A stretch of DNA of 64,000 nt from Eledone cirrhosa (GCA_964016885.1 OZ024752.1:31744001-31808000); one strand, 5' to 3'. Positions 12,389 to 26,980 are shown, counted from the stretch's first letter. Numbers and translations are program-made. Notes: generated by a model from the sequence alone, not told the origin.

Positions 12389-13364
12389 ATATATGTATAT
12401 GTGTGTGTGTATGTATATCTGTATGCGTATGTATGTGTTTATGTATTTGTATATGTATATTTATGTATGAAAGTGTGTGTATGTATTTATTTTTACGTAT
12501 GTATGTGTACGTGCATTTGTGTGTATTGATTACCACGTGTGTTTGTTCATTTATTTGTTGCCTGTATCGCTGTCAACACTATAATAATCTTTATATTCTT
12601 TTTTATTATTATATATTTTTTCTTATATTTATTTGTGTGAGTGAGTATGTAGGTGTGTGTATATATTTCTATATTTGTACATGCATATGTATACGTGTAT
12701 ATACGTATGATTGTGTGTATGTATTATGTATGTGTATGTATATATGTATGTATATGTATGTGTATGTATGTATATATATATATATGTGTGTGTGTATATA
12801 TATGTATCTGTGTGTATGTATGTATATGTATGTTTATGTATATATATATATATATGCATGTATATGTGTGTGTGTGTGCGTGTGTATGCACGTTTGTGTA
12901 TTTGTATGTATGTGTATGTGTGGATATGTTGATATTTATATGTGTATGTATGTATGTGTATATGTATGTGTATGGATATGTGTACACATATATGTGTGTG
13001 TGTGTATATGTGTGTGTGTATGTATGTGTGTATGTGTATGTATATATGTGTATGTATATATTTGTGTGTGTGTGTTTGCATGTGTGTTTTTATTTTTCCT
13101 TTCCTTCTTCCTTTTCCAGCCTCACTTTCATATAGATTATATTTTTGTTTTTAAAATCCAACGCCAATAAATACACCAGGATTTTTTCAGTCTCATGATT
13201 GAAAACAAAATTTTTTTGCTTTTAAGAAACCACTGGTAAATGAAATAATTGCCTTATGTTGTTTATTACATAACTATTAAGCTCTGTTACCTATATAGAG
13301 CACTCTTTTTTCCTGAACTTTGCCGACGGAATTACTTCATTTATACATATATATTATATATATA

Positions 13365-13410
<46 letters not shown>

Positions 13411-13412
<2 letters not shown>

Positions 13413-13761
13413 GATATTAATAAATGGAAACTATATTTATAAAACCATATTTATTTCATTATACATATTTCAGGGATACCAAATTAAATTATGGTATGCC
13501 TTCATCAGACAAAATACAATATATAACAGTTTTACAAATAAGCCTTGACATTAAAATGCAACCATTGTATTTGGAAGTCATCCGGATGACTTCCAAATAC
13601 AATGGTTGCATTTTAATAGGGTACGTCAAGGCTTATTTGTAAAACTGTTATATATTGTATTTTGTCTGATGAAGGCATACCATAATTTAATTTGGTATCC
13701 CTGAAATATGTATAATGAAATAAATATGGTTTTATAAATATAGTTTCCATTTATTAATATC

Positions 13762-13763
<2 letters not shown>
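13411..13763. mobile_element. Near-perfect 350-bp palindrome of a hammerhead-bearing element inside (TA)n
   Basis: Arms are symmetric about tcc|gga at 13583/13584 apart from a 7-nt asymmetry. CTGATGA at 13666, helix II agg.atacca/tggtat.cct, then GAAA. Confidence 0.8.
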
Positions 13764-13817
<54 letters not shown>

Positions 13818-14076
13818 CAAAGAGGGTGTGGTAACATAGCAAGTAAACCATAACGCACCAGAGTACTCGATACTTAGGGTAGTAGAGTGGGTAATAGGAA
13901 AAGAGTCAGGATCCCGACAGCTGAGCTGCGGCCATTTTGACAGCTAGATCCAGCTGTCGAAACGGCGGGAGCTCAACCGTTGGGGTCCTGACTCTTTTCC
14001 TATTGCAAACTTGACAGTCACCACTAAATATGAACCTGAAGATTGCGAAAGCATGAAAGTACTTGTTCAATTAACA

Positions 14077-14156
<80 letters not shown>

Positions 14157-14199
14157 GAAAGTGAGAGTGAGAGAGAGAAAGAGAGAGAGAGAGAAGGGT

Positions 14200-14432
14200 C
14201 GATCGACTTCAAATTAAAAAAATTTGTCGATCGACTTTCGTTAAATCGTACCGAGGAAACAATGTTTCCGTTGGTCTTTCCAATTGCTAATACTATCTAT
14301 CGGTCGCAACTCCAGGTAGAAGGAGCAACGTGAAATAAAGTGTCTTGCTCAAGGACATAACGCATCGCCCGGTCGAGGAATTGAACTCACAACCTCACGA
14401 TTGCGAATACAATTCTCTTACCACTCAGCCAC
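14200..14432 (-). mobile_element. tRNA-derived SINE family B (other copies 20995-21236 +, 29748-29985 -, 36262-36510 +, 46058-46230 -, 51737-51968 -)
   Basis: Head gtggctgagtggt...gagttcaattc, then tccttgagcaagacactttatttcacgttgctcc. At least two alternative 3' tails. Confidence 0.82.
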
Positions 14433-14641
14433 AGTGTGTGTGTGTGTGTGTGTGTGTGTCTGTGTGTGTGTGTAATACAAAACGTATATATATATATATA
14501 TACACATGCAAGCCTGTCGTAGTCAGATGATGTAACAACATTCTCAGCGCCATTCTTATTTCACAAATAACTCGACATTTTTAATGATGTTAACCGTAAT
14601 TAGATCCGTTAAAATATACTATTACGACACACACATACAGA

Positions 14642-14735
<94 letters not shown>

Positions 14736-14889
14736 TAGACACACATAAATACACATACACACACATAATTAGCATTCACACGCATAAATAAATACATACA
14801 CATATACACAAACAGTCATATACACACACATATAAATCTGTTATATAAGTATGATGTATTTCAATATATGAAATTTGATACTTTCTCTT

Positions 14890-14988
<99 letters not shown>

Positions 14989-15638
14989 CACACACGCACA
15001 CACATACATAAATAAATAAATAAATACATACACATATACACAGACCCTCATATACACACATACAAACCTGTTTTATTAGTATGGTGTATTTTAATATATA
15101 CAATTTCGACACACACACACATACAGATATATATAAAGATATATATATATATACATATATATTCAAACACGCACAGACATACACACTTCTGTTATATAAG
15201 GATGGTGTATTTTAATATATACAATTTCGACACACACACACACATACATTCATAGATACAGATATATTCAAACACTCACATACATATATACACACTTCTG
15301 TTATATAAGTATGATGTATTTTAATATATAAACATCTTTTCTCTTTTTTTTTTTTTCAAATTATGATTGAGTGTCGTTTAGAAATAGCGTAGTTCTCCAG
15401 AAATGAAAGGTAACTGATCACTAACATAACGTCTGAAAGGTATTCGATCTCTTATATAACATTTGAGACAGATCTAAAAATTGAATTATTCCATCATTAT
15501 CTGAATCATTTGAATTTCATTTCTTTGTCTACTTATTTATATCCATCCATATTTACCTACCTGTTTAGCTGTCTACATAACTGTCTACCGTGAAAAAATA
15601 ACAGTGTTGAACTTCCGATTGTTATTGTTATACTTCCG

Positions 15639-16211
15639 GGCGGTGGATTGGCAGTATCGGTGGAGGGTCGGACGCCATGCTTTCCAGCATAGTTACGTCC
15701 CTTTACGATCTGAGTTCAAATCACGCCGACGTTAACTTTGCCTTTCATCCTTACGGCGTCGATAAAATAAAGTACCAGCCATGCACTGGAGTCGATTTCA
15801 TCGACTTCCCCCTCCCCCAAAAATTGCTGGCCTTGTGCCTAAATAAGAAACCATTATATTAATAGTTTCTGATTTAGGTACAAGGCCAACACTTTGAGGG
15901 GCGGGGGAATCGATTCGATTGATCCCAGTGCGATAAAATAAAGTACCAGTAATGTACTGGGATAATTGCTGGCCTTGTACCAAAAGTAGAAACAATTATT
16001 ATGATTTGCTTGAATTAATTATGGTGGATTGGCAGTATCGGTAGAGGGTCGGACGCCATGCTTTCCAGCATAGTTACGTCCCTTTACGATCTGAGTTCAA
16101 ATCCCACCGAGGTTGACTTTGCCTTTCATCCTTACGGGGTCGATAAAATAAAGTACCAGTAATGCACTGGGTAATTACTGGCCGTGTGCCTAAAGTAGAA
16201 ACAGTTATTGT
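15639..16211 (+). mobile_element. tRNA-derived SINE family A, compound cluster of about 3 units
   Basis: A box tggcagtatcgg, B box gagttcaaatc, central gcctttcatccttacggggtcgataaaataaagtaccag, ATT tail. The 15-bp gttattgttatactt flanks the whole cluster. Confidence 0.85.
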
Positions 16212-16224
16212 TATACTTGTTCAT

Positions 16225-16590
16225 GTGGTTAATTATTTTTACATATGTTTCATTACTGCACTGGGGCTTGATGGAAACATCCACAAGGATATGGTGCGAA
16301 CGTGGAAGAGCCGAACTCCCACTGTCATCGCCTCCACCTCTCTCGCTCTCCGCCATCTCCCCGTATGGTGAGCTAATGGGGTCCCACGTTGCTGGCTTCC
16401 CCACAGTCCCGGCGGACAGAATGGAGAAGGCGTTTCCCTGGAGGATGGTAAGGGAGGTGCGCTGCAAGAGCCATATTCCAACTCGCGAGGCTCACACCTT
16501 CTGCTGGCCAGCTCAGCGCCTATGGTGGGTGGTGAGTAGGGAGGTAGCCCTAGGGTCAACGACACCAGAAGTCTCTACTGCCAAGGGAAA
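16225..16590 (-). pseudogene. 3' end of a CRE-like non-LTR retrotransposon (restriction-like endonuclease tail)
   Basis: VETSGV....TIGAELASR..EPRELE..LQRTSLTILQGNAFSI; paralogous to 24438-24845. Confidence 0.7.
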
Positions 16591-16658
16591 CTGTGTTTCC
16601 ATTGGCCTTTCCATTTCTGATATCAAATAATACAACCACCATCATCCACACTAACCGA

Positions 16659-16705
<47 letters not shown>

Positions 16706-16707
16706 AG

Positions 16708-16750
<43 letters not shown>

Positions 16751-16789
16751 TTATTTGGACACAAGGACTGAATAATAAACCAAATATTT

Positions 16790-17235
16790 CTAGGTACTAT
16801 GTTGAAAATTAAACCTCATTTGGCCATTCCATGAGAGTACCTTGGTCAGCCTATGAAGGAGTGATGCTAGAGCTGTGAAATATTGCATGCATTAATTTCA
16901 ACTCTTCTTATTAATAACTGCATTGTTTCTATCCAGGCACTATGTTGAAAAATAAACCTCATATGTTAATTCCATGAGAGTATCTTGGTCAGTCTTTGAA
17001 CTTTACAGCTGAGCCTCATATAATAATTGCATTATTTCGTTCCAGGAACTATGTTGAAAAATAAACCTCATATGGTCATTCCATGAGAGTATCTTGGTCA
17101 GCCTATGAACCTTTCAGCCGACCCTGGTAGTATAATAACTACATTGTTTCTTTCCAGGGACTACGTTAAAAAATAAACCTCATGTGGTCACTCCATGAGA
17201 GTATCTTGGTCAGCCTATGAACTTTTCACTAGACC
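16790..17235. repeat. Degenerate tandem repeat, unit about 118 bp, about 4 copies (related copy near 27710-27850)
   Basis: Repeated aaataaacctcat...ccatgagagtatcttggtcag. Confidence 0.8.
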
Positions 17236-17590
17236 CTTGTATGATGTCCAGTGTAAACTTTATATATGATCTAAATACAAAACAGAATTGCATATTTTAT
17301 AATCGATGGTATTGAATAAGTTATTGTAGAATATACGGCTTATATAGAAGAAACTAGAAAATCTATGTTTCAAAATAATATCAACATCAGTTTTGTAATT
17401 TCTTTTCGCTTTAATATTTTTTCATTTCTTTCTCATTATTGTTTACATGGTTAGAGAAGCTATTTACTTGATTCTGATACCAAACTCTTATAGATTGATG
17501 GGATTTCAATGACTAACCAAATAATATTCGTAGCTACCATTTATTTTTCATTCCTTATTTTTGTGGTTGTCTGTTTGTTATTTTACTGAT

Positions 17591-17686
<96 letters not shown>

Positions 17687-17716
17687 TATATAATATATAA
17701 ATATATATATATAAAT

Positions 17717-17748
<32 letters not shown>

Positions 17749-17773
17749 GTGTATATATATATATATATATGTA

Positions 17774-17830
<57 letters not shown>

Positions 17831-18254
17831 TCACTACTTTTTTTTTTTTATGGTGTTTCTTTTCTGCCAAAGAATCTATAAATGGAATCTGTTTTATTCA
17901 CCAAATATTTCTACAGTACAATAAATTGTTTATAAGTAGAAAACAAAATAAAATATTATTGACATTCTGGTAACAGACTGCTCCAAATAAGGGACACCAA
18001 ATGTATTTGAAAATAATGTTTCAACGTAATTATATATGTGTGTGTGTGTGCGTGTGCGCGTGCGTGTGTGTGTTTGCGTGTGTGTGTTTGTGTGTGTGTA
18101 TGTGTGTGTTTGTGTGTGTGTGTGTATGTTTGTGTGTGTATGTGTGCGTGTGTGTGTGTGTGCGTGTGTGTGTGTGTGCGTGTGTGGGGTAGGGGTGGGG
18201 TAGGGTGGGGGTGGGGTGCGTGTGCGCGTGTGTGTGTGTGTGTGTGCGTGTGTG

Positions 18255-18296
<42 letters not shown>

Positions 18297-18364
18297 CGTG
18301 TGTGTATGTGTGTGTGTGTGCGTGTGTGTGTGTCGTTCATTTATAAATAACAACAATGATAAAA

Positions 18365-19085
18365 ATAATTGTTTCTAATCGAGTCACGAGGTCAGAGATG
18401 CCAAATAGGAAGAATAGTCAATTAAATCGACTTCAGTGTTTCAGTAGAACATTATTTTATCGACCCTGGAATGATGAAGGATGGGTTGGACCTCGGCGGA
18501 AGTGAAATAGTAATAATGGTTTCTGATTTAGGAATATTCTTTGAATAATAATTGTTTCTACTTTCGACACAAGGCCAGCAAATAACCAGTACATTACTGG
18601 TACTTTATTTTATCGACCCTCGTAAGGATGAAAGGCAAAGTTAACCTCGGCGGGATTTGAACTCAGATCGTAAAGGGACGTAACTATGCTGGAAAGCATG
18701 GCGTCCGACCCTCTACCGATACTGCCAATCCCCCGCCCTTGCGATCCACCGCCATTGCTGAATAATAATAATTGTTATTCTAATGGTTTCTGATTTAGGC
18801 ACAAGGTCAACAATTTAGGAGGAAAGGGAAAGTCGATTAAATCGACCTCAGTGCATTACTGGTACTTTATTTTATCGACCCCGTGTGGATGAAAGGCAAA
18901 GTTAACATCGGCGGGATTTGAACTCAGAACGTTAAAAGGACGTAACTATCTGCCGCAAAATATCGATGCTCTACCGATATTGCCAATCCACTACGCTGAC
19001 TCGTTATATATAATGATTTCTTCTATTGGCACAAGGCCAGCAATTTTGGGGTAGGGGAAAGTCGATTAAATGGACCCCAGTCCAT
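18365..19085 (-). mobile_element. SINE family A cluster (3-4 full or partial copies)
   Basis: Repeated ggtactttattttatcgaccc...gatttgaactcaga...ccgata.tgccaatcc. Confidence 0.85.
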
Positions 19086-19499
19086 TATATATAATACAAC
19101 ACAAAGTCCCACAATAAGATACCAAAAAATCATGGCGTACCAAGCGAGCCACACGAAAAAGATCGCAATAGGGACTGTTTAGTTTGACAGCCGAAACAGA
19201 GGCAACGATAACGATACAGGTTCTGATGATAGACCTCAACCATTTAGAATGAGAGCCGCCTGTGGATAGTGTTAGTTGAAATTGTTGTACATTTTACACG
19301 GATCTGAATGCTGCTTTGGAGATATTTAGACAAATATGCGAACATAAAAAGAACACTGGGATCTTCTGTTCTAACTGAAACTTTCTTTTGACAAAGGGAA
19401 TTTTCTGCTGAAATATTAAAGACTACTTAATCCTTTAGCATTTACTCTTGTATTTTCACGGTAAAGACTTTATCTTACATAATTATCTCACATCATATC

Positions 19500-19860
19500 G
19501 AATCTATGAGACGCTTTGTGAAGTACCGCATAACATGGAGTTCGTCGTAGATAAATCCGCCAAGAATTATTTCAGGGTATAATGACATCTTGATTTAAGT
19601 GCAGACAAAACACGGATTTATTTAAATCATTGTTGCAGACAGTTCAATGACATACTAGAGAAGATGATATGAGATTCGGATTAATGGAATCTCCGAGGCA
19701 ACCTGGTAAAAGGTATTTTAATCAATATACTTACGTCGTTAAGAATACCTTTAGGTGGTTTACTTTCTGCAGACACTAAACGGATTTACTCGAGGAATTA
19801 ATATGGGATTCGGATTAGTGACATATGTCACGGAAAGTTTGTAGAGAGGAAAATTAATTT
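19500..19860 (+). pseudogene. Decayed R4-like RT fragment repeated about three times
   Basis: NMEFVVDKSAK; LLQTVQ..DMRFGL; FLQTLNGFTRGINMGFGL...RGK resemble the LLQTV..FS.DI.MEFG.DKCA motif. Confidence 0.45.
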
Positions 19861-20000
19861 GTAACACACATCATGCTGGATAAAGAAAGAGAAATAGCAA
19901 AATTGAAACAAACTTACAAATGTTTATGAACTAATGAATTAGACAGAGAACAACACGAAAATGAAAACAACAAAAGCGCCAGGAACAAATATTATACACA

Positions 20001-20418
20001 CTAGCAGAAAAACTACCCTTCGGGTGGTTTTCTGCTAGCATGTGTAATGTGCATATTGATATTATACGCAAACATATATGCATGTAGATATGATATGTCA
20101 ACATTTAAAAAAGATGATATTATATATAAACTGCATTAGGAGAAAATTAGCGACGGAAATATATGAATGTTTATATAAGTGTTACAATATAACGGGCGCT
20201 TGCCGGAAGTGTTGACATTTAAACATTTTAAAGAAGTGAATCTTTAAATAACCAATAAAATTATTTATATTTAATCAAGAGTTACGAAATTTAGTAGATA
20301 AATTATGTAATATTCATTCATTATTTATTCAAAGTAATCCAACTTATTTTACAAACGGGATAAAAAAATTAAATATTCTGGACGCAGTCCCGCACTCCTT
20401 TCTTTATTATAGTTAAGA
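20001..20418 (-). mobile_element. Non-autonomous Helitron-like element (5' part repeated at 34007-34280, + strand)
   Basis: Minus strand: a|TCttaactataataaag ... hairpin ccacccgaagggtag then ttttctgCTAG|t. Confidence 0.7.
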
Positions 20419-21282
20419 TACACCTTTTATTAATAATATTCAAAAGAAAGTTAAATGCAAAGAATAAGGTAATTAGCCGTCATACTCTGTTCTTATATTC
20501 TCACCTGGAGGCTAAATGAACTTATGAAACTAGACACAAACATAAGAAACGTAATTAATGTATTGAGAACATAATTAAAATTATATTTAGAATATATTAC
20601 ATAAAATCTTATATATTTACAACAAATACAGACGCGGTGAAATATTATATACCTAGAAAACCATTGTAAAATAGTCACGGTATGGTTTCAAAAATATGAA
20701 GTAAATATTTATAAAAATTAATATAAACAGCTACTGTAGTAAGAAACTCTTAGGAGAGCTGGACAACAGAAGGTCTTTAGAGAAGAAACTTCCATTAAGC
20801 AAGTGTTTCGACTTTCAACTTTTACCACTAAATAAAACAAACATTCGTAATCGAACAAACAGAAAACAGAGGCTATATATGAAAGCAGGGTTAATATTTG
20901 AAATTATGCAGAAACTAACAATTAAGTTAAAACATACCACTGAAAGGTGTGTACATGATAAGCCACTCTTTGGAGTGATAGGCCACTATTGGAGTGAAGG
21001 CGCACGACTTAGTGATTAGAACATTGGGCTTGCAATCGAAAGATTGTGAGTTCAATTCTCGGACAGGGTGATGTGTTGTTTCCTTGAGCAAGACACTTTA
21101 TTTCACGTTGCTCCAGTTTACTCAGCGGTAGAAATGAGATGATAGGACTGGGGTCCCAAATCATTAATTCACCAAAGGCACCTCCAACGACATACATCTT
21201 GGAGGAGGCCAGCTAAACCTGCATAGGTGTGAGCTTTTACACACACACACACACACACACACTATTTGGTCAATATCTTAAA

Positions 21283-21461
21283 ATAATAGTTTCTACTTTT
21301 GGCACAAGGCCATCAAATACCCAGTACATTACTGGTACTTTATTTTATCGACCCCGTAAGGATGACAGGCAAAATTAACCTCGGCGGGATTTGAACTCAG
21401 ATCGTAAAGGGACGTAACTCTTTGTGTCAAAGCATGGCGTCCGACTCTCTACTGATACTCC
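21283..21461 (-). mobile_element. SINE family A with 19-bp TSD
   Basis: TSD gtcaatatcttaaaataat at 21269-21287 and 21462-21480. Confidence 0.88.
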
Positions 21462-21628
21462 GTCAATATCTTAAAATAATGAAGAGAAAAATAAAAATCG
21501 TAATACTAACTGAGAACAGCAGGAATGAAAGTTAAGACTGAATAAAAGTTGAGAATCACTGATCATGGCGATGTTGTTTTACACAGATGTTTATCCAAAA
21601 AGAAACAGACACATTATTAAAGGGAACA

Positions 21629-21818
21629 AGTGGACTGGCAGTATCGGTAGAGGGTCGGACGTCATGCTTTGACGCAAAGAGTTACCGCCCTTACAATTCT
21701 GAGTTCAAATCCCGCCGAGGTTAACTTTGCCTTTCATCCTTACAGGGTCGATAAAATAAAGTACCAGTAATGTACTGGGTATTTACTGGCCTTGTGCCAA
21801 AAGTAAACACAATTATTA
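21629..21818 (+). mobile_element. SINE family A
   Basis: Full A/B boxes and body; TSD-like attatta.agggaacaa on both sides. Confidence 0.85.
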
Positions 21819-22622
21819 CAGGGAACAAACTTAAAGAAAGGAATAAGGAAAGGAAAAAAAAAATGAAAAGAAAAAAGAATCGAGCGACGAGAGAAAGAGA
21901 GAGGGGGAATTTTTTTTTTTTGGCCACGTGTGGATACCCACTCCTCCTCCTCCATCATCACCATCATCAATCATCACCACCACCATCATCATTACCACTA
22001 CCACCACCATCACCATTATCATCACCATCCACCACCATCACTACTATCATCACCACTATCATCATCATCATCATCATCATCATCCTCATCCAGTATTTGA
22101 TTATTCAGGACACAACGAATCCCTAAATAGGTGTTGGTCCTGCCTTACAACGCTCCCTAGCGTCCGTCCCGCTCCACGTGTTTCTGGCCGCCAGTCTAAA
22201 AGAGAACTTTCAATTGCCTGAAATATTTGCTGCTTCTGTAAATCAGCAGCTTTAAGAATAGTGCAATATATTTTACATCATCGGTAGCGATAAAACCCTA
22301 TCCGGTTGTGTTCAGCATCCAATTCTTCCATGTCATATTCTCTTTATAAAAACGACTCTAGAGCCCAACGTCTTTAATTTCGCGATATAAGACTATTGGA
22401 ATTAAAACGGACATAGACATAATCGAATGTATTGAAACATATTTTGACAAGTGTTTATAATTGGTAGTTTATAATCCACCATAGTTTTTAAGTTTTGAAA
22501 TTCACAAGAATTTTTTTTCTGGAATCTTCTTAAAATGTCAAGGTAATTATTTTCTCATCTATTTTGCATGAGAATGTCTAAAAAATAAAATACCATTTTT
22601 GATATTTCCCTGACACTGCCCA

Positions 22623-24079
22623 AAGACGGTAAAATATTTTGGAAATACATCTAAAATTCTATCAATTTACCACATATTTAAGTAAAGTATGTGACAGAGG
22701 TTGTTATCAAAAGCAAATACGATTAAAAGACGGTAAAATATTTTGGAAATACATCTAAAATTCTATCAATTTACTACATATTTGAGTAAAGTATGTGATG
22801 GAGGTTGTCATCAAAAGAAAATACGATTAAAAGACAGTAAAATATTTTGGAAATACATCTAAAATTCTATCAATTTACCACATATTTGAGTAAAGTATGT
22901 GATGGGGGTTGTTATCAAAAGCAAATACGATTAAAAGACGGTAAAATATTTTGGAAATACATCTAAAATTCTATCAATTTACCACATATTTAAGTAAAGT
23001 ATGTGACAGAGGTTGTTATCAAAAGCAAATACGATTAAAAGACGGTAAAATATTTTGGAAATACATCTAAAATTCTATCAATTTACTACATATTTGAGTA
23101 AAGTATGTGATGGAGGTTGTCATCAAAAGAAAATACGATTAAAAGACGGTAAAATATTTTGGAAATACATCTAAAATTCTATCAATTTACTACATATTTG
23201 AGTAAAGTATGTGTCAGAGGTTGTTATCAAAAGCAAATACGATTAAACGACGGTAAAATATTTTGGAAATACATCTAAAATTCTATCAATTTACTACATA
23301 TTTGAGTAAAGTATGTGTCAGAGGTTGTTATCAAAAGCAAATACGATTAAACGACGGTACAATATTTTGGAAATACATCTAAAATTCTATCAATTTACCA
23401 CATATTTGAGTAAAGTATGTGATGGGGGTTGTTATCAAAAGCAAATACGATTAAAAGACGGTAAAATATTTTGGAAATACATCTAAAATTCTATCAATTT
23501 ACCACATATTTAAGTAAAGTATGTGACAGAGGTTGTTATCAAAAGCAAATACGATTAAAAGACGGTAAAATATTTTGGAAATACATCTAAAATCCTATCA
23601 ATTTACCACATATTTAAGTAAAGTATGTGACAGAGGTTGTTATCAAAAGCAAATACGATTAAAAGACGGTAAAATATTTTGGAAATACATCTAAAATTCT
23701 ATCAATTTACTACATATTTGAGTAAAGTATGTGATGGAGGTTGTCATCAAAAGAAAATACGATTAAAAGACGGTAAAATATTTTGGAAATACATCTACTA
23801 AATTTCTATCAATTTACTACATATTTGAGTAAAGTATGTGATGGAGGTTGTTAACAAAAGCAAATACGATTAAAAGACGGTAAAATATTTTGGAAATACA
23901 TCTAAAATTCTATCAATTTACCACATATTTGAGTAAAGTATGTGATGGAGGTTGTCATCAAAAGAAAATACGATTAAAAGACGGTAAAATATTTTGGAAA
24001 TACATCTAAAATTCTATCAATTTACCACATATTTGAGTAAAGTATGTATCAGAGGTTGTTATCAAAAGCAAATACGATT
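22623..24079. repeat. Minisatellite, 104-bp unit, about 14 copies
   Basis: gacggtaaaatattttggaaatacatc recurs every 104 bp. Confidence 0.95.
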
Positions 24080-24437
24080 CTGATTCAGATGTCATCATCT
24101 ACATGGTTGTCATTGAAGTGAAAGTGAAAATGAAGGTAAAAGCCGGATTCTGTACAGTCACAAGTGCGTCTCTCTCGCTATCTTCCGGGACTATGGCTTC
24201 TCTATCCTGTCAGCTGGGACCACCTGACGGACTGGTGACGGCACGGGGGAATAGATTTACTTCCGTAAGCATGAGTAAATTGATGGCAATGCTATTAGAG
24301 TATATAATATAAGAATGTTACTGTGAGTCAGACAAGATGGCACCTATAAATAAGATGCGTCTCTAACATCTGAGATGTACTAAAGTTTACTTGGCGAATT
24401 AACAATATAAGTGCTATCGCTATCGTTATTCTTGTTC

Positions 24438-24845
24438 TTGTGGTTAATTATTTTTTACATATGTTTCATTACTGCACTGGGGCTTGATGGACACAACCAC
24501 AAGGATATGGTCCGAACGGGGAAGAGCCGAACTCCCACTGTCATCGCCTCCATCTATTTCACCCTCCCCATCTCTCCGTAATGGTGAGCAAATGGGGTCC
24601 CACGTGCTGGCCTCCCCACAGCCCCGGCGGACAGAATGGAGACAGAAGGCGTTTCCCGAGAGGATGGTAAGGGAGGTGCGCTGGAAGAGCCATTCCAGCT
24701 CACGAGGCTCACAGCTGCGGCTGGCCAGCTCAGCGCCTATGGTGGTGAGTAGGGATGTAGCACTAGGGCCAAGGACACCAGATGTCTCCAGTGTCAAGGG
24801 CACGACCGCGAACCTGTCGGAGAGCGACCCAAGATAGGGCTCCTG
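24438..24845 (-). pseudogene. 3' end of a CRE-like non-LTR retrotransposon, second copy
   Basis: DRFAVVPLTLETSGVLGPSATSLLTTIGAELASRSCEPRELEWLFQRTSLTILSGNA matches the P..ET.G..G...QR.S..I..GNA terminal motif. Confidence 0.72.
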
Positions 24846-24967
24846 TTTATTAATCAACGAATAACTTTGGCTCCAAGAAACACTAATTATACTACTCGAT
24901 TTGCTACTTTCAAATGAGTATTATTGCATGAGTCGCCTGTAGCAACCACTCGTACCACTACTAAATC

Positions 24968-25612
24968 GTAATTGTTTCTGATTTAGGCACAAGGCCAACA
25001 ATTCTATTGTGTGTGGAGGGGGAAGGGGCAGAGTCAATGTAGTACTTTAATTTATCAACCCCGTAATGAAAGGCAAATCTAACCTATGTGGGATTGGAAC
25101 TCAGAACTTAAAGGTACGTTTACTATATGCCACAAAGGATGTTGTCCGACGACACTCTACCGATACGGCCAACCCTGCACCCTGATAATAATGGTTTCTA
25201 CTTTTGGCACAAGGCCAGTAATTATCCGAGTGTATTACTGGTACTTTATTTTATCGACCTCGAAAGGATGAAAGGCAAAGTTAACCTCAGCTGGATTTGA
25301 ACTCAGAATATAAAGGGCCATAACTCTATGCTGCAAAGCATGGTGTCCGACCCTCTACCGATACTGCCAGCCCTACGTCCTGATAATAATGATTTCTAGT
25401 ATAGGCACAAGGCCAGTAATTTGGAGGAGGGGAAAAATCGATTAAAATGACCCCAGTACGTTACTGGTGCTTTATGTTATTGACCCTGTAAGGATGAAAG
25501 ATGAAAGGCAAAATTAATGTCGGCGGGATTTGAACTCAGACTGTAAAGGGCCGTGACTCTATGCTGCAAAGCATGGTGTCCGACTCTCTACCGGTACTAC
25601 CAATCCACCGCC
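24968..25612 (-). mobile_element. SINE family A cluster (3 tandem copies)
   Basis: Three successive reverse-complement copies. Confidence 0.85.
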
Positions 25613-25883
25613 CTCTGCGCCCTGATAATAATAAGATTTGAAAGCTGGAAACAATTGATTCAATAAATCACAGTATTTCACTAAGCGTTTAGATTGGACC
25701 AAAGAAATTGTGTTTGCCACTGGCCCCTCTACCCCCATAGTTGATGTTATCTACCTGTCAGGTAAACTCCTAGCAGTAGAAGCAACTAGAAATAAATTAC
25801 TTTGTTTAAAAGATACAATACACGTGTCCAAACCATTTGGAAACGTGCCTTCCCATACTAATTAACCATTTATCTAGCTTCTT

Positions 25884-25939
<56 letters not shown>

Positions 25940-26110
25940 CAGTATATATATGTATATATATATATATATATATCCAGATGGTAAGATGCACATCTTATTT
26001 AGTGATGCACATCTTATTTAGTGATACTATAATTGCCATGATTTGCTTGAAAACCTGATACTTCTCCCATATTTTATTATTCATTAAACCTAATTCTATT
26101 TTCTATACAT

Positions 26111-26168
<58 letters not shown>

Positions 26169-26603
26169 TTGTATATTCTCTTGTTCTCTTGGTTCTTTTA
26201 TTTTCTATACAATCTCATCAAAATGATACATTCTACTCATTAGCTTATTTTAACATTGTATGGTAAAATATCACACTGTTTGTATGTTCTTAAATTCGAT
26301 TACACTTGGTATCTTGTTTTATGTATTCTTTCCACATAATTCCCAGTAGAAAATTGGTGTGATATTCTTTTGTGTCATATTCCCTTTGATTAATTTTACT
26401 GTATTTGCTTCTCGAAATTCTTCTTTCGTTGTTTTTCTACAATATGAAGTGGATTCTCGCTGGCTTTCTTTATATTGCAATTGATATCACTTGTTCTCAG
26501 TAAAGTTTTTTTCTACATTTTCAGGTCAGAATTTCTTATTTAAATTTCATGTATAAATCAAGTTTCGTCTACACCCTCACTCACAAATATTTCCTTGAAG
26601 ATA

Positions 26604-26980
26604 TTGTCCAGACGTCTTGTCTTACCAAATCTTCTATTTAGTCCAGACGTCTTGTCTTACCAAATCTTCTATTCTGTCCAGACGTCTTGTCTTACCAAAT
26701 CTTCTATTTTGTCCAGATGTCTTTTCTTACCAAGCCTTCTATTTTGTCCAGATGTCTTGTCTTACCAAACCTATTTTGTCCAGGCATCTTGTCTTACCAA
26801 CCTATTTTGTCCAGACGTCTTATCTTACCAAATCTTCTATTTTGTCCAGACGTCTTGTCTTACCAAATCTTCTATTTTGTCCAGACGTCTTGTCTTACCA
26901 AATCTTCTATTTTGTCCAGACGTCTTATCTTACCTTACCAACCTTCTATTTTGTCCAGACGTCTTACCAAGCCTTCTATT
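26604..26980. repeat. Minisatellite, unit about 35 bp, about 11 copies
   Basis: gtccagacgtcttgtcttaccaaatcttctatttt. Confidence 0.9.

Noticed and set aside
16021-16115. tRNA genes at SINE heads
   Set aside because: A/B boxes are present but no complete cloverleaf is evident; they are fused to SINE bodies with TSDs.
22623-24079. 104-bp array as a second retrozyme
   Set aside because: No CUGANGA...GAAA core was seen on either strand.
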